From Licmophora abbreviata (taxonomy: Eukaryota): 35,136 bases of DNA. The stretch is from NCBI GenBank assembly GCA_900291995.1, contig OLMU01000405.1, positions 1-35,136 on the forward strand, in the 5' to 3' direction. Numbering within the stretch: position 1 is the first letter of the stretch; each line of letters begins with the position of its first letter. The position numbers and the translations under genes are program-made. The notes below the pieces were generated by a model that saw only the letters and a list, made by a program, of their open reading frames with translations, was not told where the DNA came from and ran no database searches. Positions 20,060 through 30,558 of this stretch are shown in pieces.

Positions 20060-20563
20060 ATGAACTTTGACCAACTGACAAGAGAAGAAGGCCTGAGCGT
20101 ACCTTCGAAAACTACACACTCCCAACCTTCGAGTCCCATTTGTCACGAATCGCTGCCATTTGGTCTGGAGCTGCTTTCAGAGTATGCACCAGACGATGAT
20201 CGAGATGATACAACAGTGGCGAGGAAGAGCCCCGTATTGTCAATAAGCCTGGTCGAGGCGCTGCCAACGAGCTCAAGCGGACGAGACGAATCGAAAGGTC
20301 TCGATGACGTATCGCTTGCCTCACAAAGGGGGCAAAACTACCAGCCAACAGACGACGATGCAGAGTCCAAGGGCAGCGCGCGCAGTCGTGCTAGCAGCAC
20401 CGGGATGGACCCATCACAAAGACGCAAGCAAAAGTATGATCACTATCGAAAACTTCAGCACACGAAATCCATTTTTGGTAGAGATAGAAAGGTGCCACTA
20501 AAGCATGCTACGAGATTAAACCGTTTGCGGGGCCCGTTTGTCTCAGACCCATTCTACGTGTGA
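20060..20563 (+). CDS. Hypothetical low-complexity protein (~167 aa; alternative start 19970)
   Basis: Open frame with Ser/Asp-rich middle and basic C-terminus, filling the gap between SQD2 and the TPR gene; no recognised domain. Confidence 0.45.
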   Translation: MNFDQLTREEGLSVPSKTTHSQPSSPICHESLPFGLELLSEYAPDDDRDDTTVARKSPVLSISLVEALPTSSSGRDESKGLDDVSLASQRGQNYQPTDDDAESKGSARSRASSTGMDPSQRRKQKYDHYRKLQHTKSIFGRDRKVPLKHATRLNRLRGPFVSDPFYV

Positions 20564-20616
20564 GAGCGGTGCAGCACATTGAAGTTTGATTTACTGTTAG
20601 CACGTCTTGTTAAAGC

Positions 20617-23600
20617 TCATCGTCGCATTTTTCGTTTAATGGCATCGATGTATCGATGAACAGCAATGACATCCAGATTTTGGTCGCCAAGCACTTCTCT
20701 CCGAATCCGTAGACAGTCCTTGAAACACGCGAGCGATTTATCGAACTCGGCACGCTTACCATAGATTCTTCCGAGGTTAAAAAGAGACAACGCCATGTCG
20801 AGACTGTCGTCCCCTCCTCTGACACGGTAGATTCGTATCGACTCTACGAAACAGGTGATACTTTTTTCCTGGCTGTTCAACTTCAGATGAATCGAGCCTA
20901 GGTGCTGAAGACAGTTTGCGACTTCCGAGTCATTGTCGCCTAGTCGGCGACGGTATAGACTCATGGCCTCTTTGTAGAACTTCAAGGACTGCTCATCCTT
21001 TCCCCACTCGTCGAGAATGTTGGCGATATTGAGACATGAGTCGGCCACGTCTAGATGATCGTCGCCAAGAGTGAGCTTTCGTATCCGCAACGCCTCGCTA
21101 CACAGCTCGATTGCTTTGGAATAGTTCCTCCGTCGCGCGTAGTTTATTCCAATATTGTTCAAGGCCAAGGCTACTGCCGCATCTTTTCCAGACTTCTTTC
21201 GAAAGATCTTTAATGCGCCGGAGTACGAGGCTAGAGCAGCATCCGCTTCTTCTCGTGCGTCGTGTAGCCCTCCGATGTTTATCAATGTGTGACCGACCTC
21301 CGTGGCATTTTCCCCGAGAAGCCTCCGGTCCGCATCCAGAGCAGCATGGAACGATTGAGACGCTGCGTCGTATTCTTCATTCTCCATATGCATCTGACCC
21401 ACTCGATTGTGTACCTTCGAGATCATTTCATGTGCATGCCCAGAGGTGAGCCTGATGATTCGTAGCACCTCGCGATAGGTACCAAGAGCCTCGTCGCTGT
21501 CTCCCCACTCCTCAAGGACACTTCCGATTTCGAATAGAGTCATTGCCACGCGCTCGTCTTCTCTACCAAACAAGGACGAGCGGATTTTTAGAGCCGAGGT
21601 CAAACTCTTCATAGCCTCTTCGTAATCGACGCGTTTGTTTTGAATCACACCGATCTTGATGAGAACGTCGGCGACTTCCTCTGTCTCTTCTCCCACCGCT
21701 CGTTTGTAAACAGTCAAAGCGGCACGAAAACCTTTCAACGCGTCATCGTAGCCCTCTTCTTCTTGAGCAAGCAGACTTGCCCTTCTTGCAAGTGCTCGGA
21801 CAAAGGGCACACTATCATTGCCAGCGCTCTGCTTATACACGCTCAAAGCCTTCTCATAAAACGTTTTCGCTTCGGCGTTCATATGTTTAGCAACATAGAC
21901 GTCACCAATCTGCTCACACACGGCACCGAAATCCACGTTGTTGTCACCTAGCTCTCTCTGTCTGATACGAAAACAGCTGGAGAAAGAATGCATGGATCTG
22001 TCCAACTCGTTCCGCTTGAGCTGCAGTCGGCCCAAACTGAAATGGACCGAAGCGACCACTAGATTTTCCATATCTTCTATCTCGTAGATACGCAGCGCCT
22101 CGGTAAAAGCACGAACAGCGAACTCGTCTTCGCCTTTCTTCGCATGGAGCATCCCGATGTATTGAAAGCAGTTTGCCACTTCGATGTCATCACGACCGAG
22201 GGCGGACCGATACCGTTGAAGAGCTTCCGTGTAGAACTTCATTGCCTGGTCTACCTTCCCCCACTCATCAAGAATATTTGCGATGTTGTAGATTGCATCG
22301 CATGAGTCCAAGTGCTGGGCACCGAGTTTTAGTTTTCGAACGCGAAGAACTTCGCTGCATAACTCAAGGGCCTTGGGGTAGTCATTTCTTCTCGCACAAT
22401 TGATTCCAAGGTCGCTCATGACGCCGGTAAGGAGCAAGTCGTCCCGCTCCAGATTTGCCTTATAGATGCTAAGCGCGTCTGCAAAGCGAGAGTGGGAGTT
22501 GTCAAAGTCTGATTGTGCTTCGTACACGCAAGCGATATTATGGATTGTTCGAGCTTCCTCCATGGAGCCGTCGCCTTTCAAGTCTTTGAACAAACCTAGC
22601 GCAGTAGCGAAAGAGCTCAGGGCTGCGTCGTAGTCTTCAAGCTCAGCTTGTATGCCACCAACGCGATTGTGCGTTTTTGCTGCGGTTTCTCCACCATCCG
22701 CAGCTATCCGGAATACTTCGCGGTAGCAATCCATCGCTTCACCATTGTCCCCCCGCGACTCGAGTACTGTGCCGATTTCGTAAAGCGCGGCCGCCACTCC
22801 ACACTGATCTTCCATTTGTTTGCAAAGCTGCAGGCTCTGTTTGAAATCCTCAATTGCAACCTCGCCGTTGTCTCTACGGAGCTCAACGTTTCCCTTAATG
22901 AGAAGTACACGTGCAATCTCGCTACCCTGGGCACCAGGACATTCATTGTAGATCTTCAAAGCTCGTTTCAGATTATCAATCGCTTTGTTGTACTCGGATG
23001 CCTTCAGATAGAGTGAGCCAATCTTCTCCAGGGTAGAAGCTACATCCGCATGGTTTTTTCCTAGCACGACTGTGAAGACACGAAGCGCTTCGATGTAGCA
23101 GTTCACAGCCTCTGCGTTCTTCCCGAGGGCTTCTTGGATAAAACCTAACAAACGCAGTGTTTGGGAGCAGTCCAGACTGTCGTTTCCCAACTTCATTTTC
23201 CGTATACGAAGAGCTTTTTATCGAAGCAAAACAATTCGAGTAAGCTCTCATATACATGTGTAGCGGCCATTCTAAGCAACATAAACGTACCATGAACGGC
23301 GGCTTCCAGAGCTTCCTTGAATTTTCCGACAAGAGAAAGTGATTGGCCGAGATGGTGACATGTATCGCCGACCTCAATTGAGTCCTCACCGAATAATCTC
23401 GTTCGTATTGAAAGGGCGTCCGTCAAATAAATCACCGCAGCATCGTGATTCTTGTTTGATCCGTACGCGCGACCCAAGTAGTGACCACAGTCTGCGAGTG
23501 ACTGGTGCGTAGGATCGCCGCTCTTCTTGTAGAAATTATGTGCGTGCTCTAAGTTCCTAATGGCACCGTCTATATCTTCTCGTTCATAGAGGATTCGACC

Positions 23601-26600
23601 CAAAAGAAATTGAGCCTGAGCTGCCTCAACACTGTCGACACCAAACTTGAGCGTTCTGATCCGCAAAGATTCCTGGGCATATTCTGACGCCTGAATCAAT
23701 TCAGTGGCGTCGAGATGAGCTGACGCGCAAGAATAAAGTAGGATCGCAACCTGTGCATCGTTAGACCCAAATAGAGATCGTCGAATAGAAAGCGCTGTTT
23801 GGAAGCATTCAGCGGACTTTCGATGGTCTCCGAGCTTGGTGAGAACGCGTCCTCGGGATTGTAGCACTACCGACATTTCCTTTTCATTTCCAACCGACTC
23901 AAAAATGCTGAGAGCCTGTCGTGGCAACAGTAGAGTGAGCTCCAGTTACTACAAAAACCAATCCCTTTCTGGATAGCATATGACTTACCTCGCGCAACTG
24001 CTCGTCCGAGCATGAAAGATTCTCGAGTTTCTCGTAAACAACAGATACATTGATAAGAACCCTCGCCACGCGTTCATCGTCTTTTCCATAGCACGCCTTT
24101 CTCATAGTAAGGCAATCTGAAAAATCATGAATAGCGCTCTCAAGGTCGCCAACGCGTGTGTGGATAGTTCCCAGTGCGTACAGTGAATCAGCAAGCTTTT
24201 CGTCGTTTCCATCTGCGATTGTTCTCAGCAACGCTATATGTTCTTGGTATTCGTCAATGGCCAAGTCATATTTCTCAAGCGACGCATTGCATCTGGCGAG
24301 CGTGCCAACGATATCAACAAGCTGGTCATGAGACTGCTTTCCCTCCAGTCTGTTGCGAGCCTGTGACAAGGTATTGACAGCCTTTTGATACTCTCCTTTC
24401 TTTTCGTGCGTATATCCAAGTCTCTGCATTACAATCGTTACGCGTTCGGGCTGGTTCTCCTGCCAAATCAAGAGAGCTTCGTTGTAGCTCGTTATGGCAG
24501 CTTGATGATTTCCGTTCTGCTCCTCCGTGTAGGCCTGTTTTGAGCGCCGTGATACATTGCGATCAGCTTACACCATGTGAATGCAAAGGCAAACGGTTGT
24601 GACAACTAGGGCACACTCACCATATCGAACACTATCTCGGGCAAGTCTGACACGTCGGGACTTGTCGCCTTCCTTATCCGGACAGCTTCCTTGTAACATA
24701 CCACAGCTTTATCCAGCGAGCCGGCGGCTGCGTAGGCACGCCCGAGACTGTGAAGCGTCGGAGCGACCTCACACCCACTGTCGCCGTGGACAGCGCGCTG
24801 TATGCTAAGTGCCTAGGCGATTGAGAGACAATAAACACGGGTAAGATGACGTCGCGCAAGATGAACACATCCTTGGCGGCTCGTCTTTACCTGCTGTAAA
24901 CAGTCAATAGCATCTTTCGATTTCTGTCTTTTATTCCAGTTGATGCCCATGCTCACCAGAGTACTAGCAACTTCTGTATTGTTTCATGACGACGACAAAG
25001 AGCAGAAGAAAGGATTGAGATTCAAATTATTTGGACATGCGAGAACACGCACCGTCTGGACCTTCCTAACCTTTCGTTTCGAGTCCAAGCTGTACTTTTT
25101 GCACCCGAAGGCACTCGCTGTAGCACTGCATAGCAGCGTCGTAAGCTTCAAGTCTGTCCATGACTTGGCCAAGTCGATAGACTGCTGTGGCCGTCCGAAT
25201 ATTGTTCTGGCCAACGACAGACTCAAATAGACGATATGCCTCAGAGAGCGTATCCTTGGCTTCTCCATCTTTCCCCGCTTCACCTTGAAGTACGCCTAGC
25301 CTCTCCATGGTTCCACAAAGTAAGACATCTTGTCGTCCCTGCCGTCTCATTACAGCGATGGCTTCACCAAATACTTCCATAGACTGTGCGCTGTTGCCCT
25401 CAGCATCGTACAGATTCCCGATTTTGTATAAAATGGTGCCCAGACGATCGTTGCACTCACTTGAGTGCCAGCGAAGTAGGCGTGCAGCTTCATTGAGAGA
25501 CTTCAGCGACATCTCAGGATCATTAAGCTTCTCATGCGTATCACCAAGACTTTCGAGAGTGTTTATCACAACGCTGTACGACAGACCAGCCTTATTGAGC
25601 TTGTAAGTATGAAGTGCCCCTCGAAACAGCTGGAGCGCACGGTCAAAATGATTTAGTTCACTTTCCTGGATCCCGATCCAATAGAGCGCATGCCCACAAA
25701 GTACGTCATTTTCTCCTAGGTACATTTTCCAGAGTCTCAGAGCTTCAGTGAACGCTAGTAGGGCAAGTTTGTGAGTCTTCAGGTGATGAATCGCAACGCC
25801 CAGGCAGTACATGTCGAAAGCGAGAGCGCAGTGATCTGTCTTGTCCAGTTTCTGTCGCCGTTGAATCACACTTTCGAAACAGGTTTTCGCTCGTTGGTAC
25901 TCCTTTCGAAAGAGGTGGGCGCTCCCTTTCTTCTCAAGCAATTCGCAAATCTCAAAACCAACATTTCCAACAGGAGAGACCGTTAGCGCTCGGTGTACGC
26001 GGAGGGCTGTGTTTGGCGACCAAGGGTGTGAGTTTCTCTACGCATATCATAGCGACTCGACTCTCAAAAAAAATACATGAACTCACCTCCCTGGAAACTT
26101 CCAATGGCATTGTCCCAATCTTGAAGTCGCCAGTACAGTTCCCCCATTCGGCGAAGAATTGTCCCTAGCGATTCATCGGTGGTACCTCTCAACAGCTTCG
26201 TAAGCGGCAGAACTGGTTTATTGGAAGAAAATGATGAGTCACAAACTTGGGTGGGGCTTTAATCGATGCGAGCATCAGGTGTCCGTCCTTACCTTCCTCG
26301 TAGCAGCCGAGCAATTTCCCAAACCGTCTCAAGGCATCTTCGTGGTCGATGTTCGGCGGAGTAATCAATGCTTGAACCGTATACACTTGATGATTATCTA
26401 CACCTTCTACCTCTATTGAGAGAATCGACTCTCGAATTTCTGCGACCTCTGCGAATGTATCCAGCGCATGTTGGTGTTCCTCCGTGACAGCGTAAACGTT
26501 CGCAATGAATTGCATCGTATCGGCGACTGGAAGACTCTGACGACTGTGATAAAGACTGTAAATTCTCAGAGCCTTCGGGAGCGCAGGACAAAGGTGAGAC

Positions 26601-29320
26601 CTCGATAAAGTTTATCAGGCACAGCGTGCGTCAAAGTCAACTTACCTCTTTGTAGCACCCCAATGAAGAAGCATACTGAGACATATCATCCAATACGATT
26701 GCCACGTTCTGAAGTGTATTTGCGACATCTAGGTAGAATGACACGCGTGGGTTCAGATTCAAAGGCAATCCCTTAGGTGTACAAAGCAAGGCACATACCT
26801 TCATGATCCTGGCCCAGGTGGCTTTCTTAATCTGCAATGCTGTCTTGAAGTACGCCATCGCATCTTCGTAGCGTTGCCACTCTCGCATCACATTGCCCAT
26901 CCACTGCTGCGTATCTGCACAAAGTTCATGTACATCGCCCAAGCAAAATTGACGAATCTGAAGAGATTCTTCCAAACAAACCAGTGCCGCATCGCATGAG
27001 CCCGTCTCGCAAAGTATAGCCCCCTGTACGGAAGGACGTCACATGTTAGTACGGGAACAGGGGAACTCGGATGAAGCTGACAGGAGTGAGACATACCTTG
27101 TTATGTAGGGTCTCTGCAACTCGGAGATCGACGTCGCCAAGTGATTGCCGTCTCAGCTCAAGTGCCTCATTATAACATTCCATCGCCTGCAGGTAGTTCC
27201 CAGATGTATCAAGAGCGAATCCCTTGCAATGCACGGTATCCGATATGGTAACGTCCAATGGGTTAGTATCGTCGGCGACAGCGTTCTTGAGACGTAGCGC
27301 CTCTTCATACAGGGCCAATGCTTCATCTGAGAAGCCATGGCCTCCGAGCGACACTCCCATCATGTGTAATGCTCTCCCAGTATCGAACTGCAACAGTTTC
27401 GTGGGACTGACATGCAAGCTGATAGTTTCTGTGACAGGAGATGTCGTTTCGTCGAAGCATTTCGTCTGTCTAAGCACAGCCTTTTCTAACTTGCTCATAG
27501 ATGTCGAGGATCGCAGCGTTGGAAGCCGATATCGTCATGTCTGAGCACGCTTCGCCGTACACGTGGGAGAGCAGCTCCTCTACGTCGGTGACATGCGCAG
27601 TGACTCCGTCAAGGATACCTAAGCCTTGCAGCCGACGATGAATGAACTTCTTACTCGTCAGTAACTCTGCCGCGGAGCGATAATTGCCTCCACAAATCAT
27701 GTTCCAAGGTAACATCTGCACTGCGTATCCAGCGTCGCCACTATGACCTGGGTTGAGAGAGCACTCCCTTGTGATCGCCCTGTGTGATCGTTTTGCGCAT
27801 GCTTCAAGAAATATTTTATATTCACTCACATGGCGACTGCTCAAAAGATAGTCGCCATACTCCTGATGAATGTTTTGGTGAACTGAAACGACCTCGACAA
27901 ACTCGCCGGTCGCTTTGATTCCGGGCGCCTTGGTGCCGATGTCGTTCACGGAAAGTACAGGCTCATCCACACCTTCCTCGGTCTGAAGGCGGGAATCCTG
28001 AGCAATATTTCGCACATCGAGTACACCTAGAAGGGCGAGCGAGTCTCGAATAAAGGAAAGAACTGACGTCGGGATATCCATTGCATCACTAGCATTTGAT
28101 GATGCCTTGGAGAGCCAACACGACAGGACTTCCGTCCAGAGCGCATTGACGATATGCACTGGGACGTAAGGACGCGGAAATGCGTCGTCAAAGGCAGTTG
28201 ACACATGGGATATTTCATCAAGGCTTGCTTCTGTCGACATCTGACGAGGACCATTGTGACTATCGTCGTCGTCGCTTTGCTCGTCGTCTTTAGCGTCTCG
28301 CTTCGACTGAACAAGCTTCTCGTCAAGGGAATGATTGTATTCTGCTGCGTAATGCGTTTTGCGAGGTGGAGTGAAGCAAGCCACAAAGGCTGCAAAGCAC
28401 AGCTGCAGCTCATCCGAGGTTAGCGTCGTATCGCCAATGGACACTCGCGACGTGACGGCGGCAAAATCGCGGTTGAGAATATCAAACAGCGCTTGGTTCT
28501 CATCGGACTGTTCGCAAACGCTAGCCTTGCTTATGGCGGTCCGACCTTTTTTCAACTGTTGTGCATCTGCTGCTGCCTGGTCGTCGTGCTTGATGGCCGC
28601 TGTATCGGTACTGCTCGTCTCTAGTACCCGAAAAGCCTCGAGGAGACTCTCATCCTTGTCCGCAATGGCTTGGTACAATGACAACGCATCTACTACTGTA
28701 TCATCGTCGAGCAAAAATCCATCCGCCAAGGGGAACTCTTCTGTCACGATAACTTCACCATCCTCGTCAATCCCTAGAAGAACAGAGGAGCTCTTGTCTT
28801 GGGTATTTGAAGGCAGTTGAGACTGGGTAACGTCGGCGTCTTCATGCGCCCCGTGCGTGTAGCTGATATCGTTTTGTGGGGTACTTTCAGTGTCCCTGGC
28901 AGCTAGTCCGAGAGCATCGTCTTCATCCGTCGTTTCTTCAGGTGACTGTGCTAGTGAATACGATTCTTCGTCCTGATTCTCCAAAACGTGACTCTCTTCA
29001 GTTTCAGAAACACCGCTCTCGCAGACATCGATACAATCAATAGCAGGGTCATTCTCGTCGTCATCGTGTGCGCAGTTCGTCAGACACACATGATCTACGG
29101 TATCGCCATCAACTTTAGAGCATGATTCCAGACTTTGATCTAGAAAGCAAATATCATCATCCTGTGCGAACGAAACTTCATCATCCGTGACGCTCTCGGC
29201 TTCGGAACGTAATTGTCGACTTTGTTGATGTTGGGACGACGACCCATTCTTTCGAGCGTCCTTGGCATCAGACGATTCTTCAATTCCCTTGGAGTTCGTG
29301 ACATAGCTCCAAGCCCACAT
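20617..29320 (-). CDS. Giant (~2640 aa) TPR protein (kinesin light chain/nephrocystin-3-type 42-aa repeats) with an acidic N-terminus and a STAND-like winged-helix/helical region; 11 exons
   Basis: Exons (minus strand): 29320-27097, 27023-26799, 26728-26646, 26572-26293, 26212-26087, 26006-25071, 24973-24891, 24812-24621, 24534-23989, 23915-23291, 23213-20617. All ten introns are GT-AG, 70-97 nt. Repeats follow A.tl..lG..y...g.y..A...y.eAL.i....lG. Two 1-bp frameshifts (~27483, ~26820) must be corrected. Confidence 0.85.
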
Positions 29321-29809
29321 GGTTGTTGACTCTCAATCGAATTCTACGCTTCAAGCTCTGTGCAACCAACGGAACCGACAGCCATGTACGAATAACGATT
29401 GCCATGTAGAAAATTCAAGATGTTTCGAATGTGTTGTGTGTGTCCGCAGTTTTCCCGCGCATCACCTTTTTTTGGGGGTCATTGGAAATGTCCGATGACC
29501 GAGAGCTCGAACGATATTGGGAGCTCGTATTCGTTTTGGAATTCGCGGGATGAGCACCTCCAAATCGCGCGATGGGACGACATCATTGAGTCGAATGAGT
29601 CAATCAATTTGTTTTCGGCGCGCGTCTGTCTCTCGTCGTGACGTGCGTCCTGCGACCTTTGACTTCCACCATGGTGTTGAAAGAGGCCAGAGGAGACCTC
29701 ACTCGTCAGCATCAGTGAGATGAAAGGAGCTTTCTCGATCACTTTCAGGTCTTTCCAATAGAAACACCACTTTCAAAACATATAGAATTCATCCGAAGTA
29801 GAATGATCC

Positions 29810-30438
29810 ATGAAACCGAAGAGAAACAAGGTCTGTCAAGCGACAACAACCACGGCATTCGAAGTTTTGCCAAAGAGTAACGTTCGAGTCTTGCCCTTCG
29901 GCGTGAGTCTGACGGCATCTGTTCTGCAAGGTATAGACGAACCCAAACCACTACCGCAGTCTGAGCTCGTGGTGGGAGATGCTGGGATCGTCGGGACTGT
30001 CACAGTACTGAGAAAATCTGCCATGATTTGGTTTGGATGGGGAAAGCTCGATCGGCATTCTCGTGGGAACATGACGCGCGATCCTGCTGCACCGGTAACC
30101 ACCACTGGAAGCGGTGTACCGAGTATGGGTCAGATGGTAGTGGGAATGCCGCGCACACAATACCTAGGGGCTTTTCGGACGATCGCGAGTCTTCTTGTTC
30201 GCAGCTCATTGGAGGAGACAGCAGCGAAGACCAGCTGGTAGCCACGAAGATGGCTTCACGGTTGAGTCAAAAGTTGCAGTATCCGATCTTTGTGTCCTGT
30301 GCATTGTCGTCGACAGAAGAAAGCGTCGATCCTTCGATTTTTGCTGGGCTTGATCGGGCCACTGTGGCACAGCGGGCGGCTGCATTGGCAGAAAGGACTG
30401 TCGGGAAGTTATTGATGAAAGAAGAGCAGGCAAAGTAG
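29810..30438 (+). CDS. PSMG4: Proteasome assembly chaperone 4 (PAC4)-like; apparent frameshift at ~30173
   Basis: SAMIWFG...MGQMVVGMPRT in the first frame and SCSQLIGG...MASRLSQKLQYPIFVSCAL...ALAERTV in the second; one extra T in TTTT (30172-30175) joins them. Start codon uncertain. Confidence 0.7.
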
Positions 30439-30558
30439 AAAACAGAGAATCACAGATGGCACTGAAGAATATATTCCCCCCTAATGTTATTTTTTAGCCG
30501 AGACAGTAATAACGAAGGCATTTTTTTTCATATGATGCGACGGCCTGTATACTGACGC

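Noticed and set aside
23214..23290. Apparent frameshift between the 244-aa and 859-aa TPR ORFs
   Set aside because: Explained by a 77-nt GTACGT...AAG intron giving AAVH-A-LRIRKMKLG.
26729..26822. Intron read-through (TWARIMKVCALL...) as real coding sequence
   Set aside because: It breaks the TPR consensus; one added C gives LGQDHE|DVANTL with normal splicing, so the in-frame read-through is coincidental.
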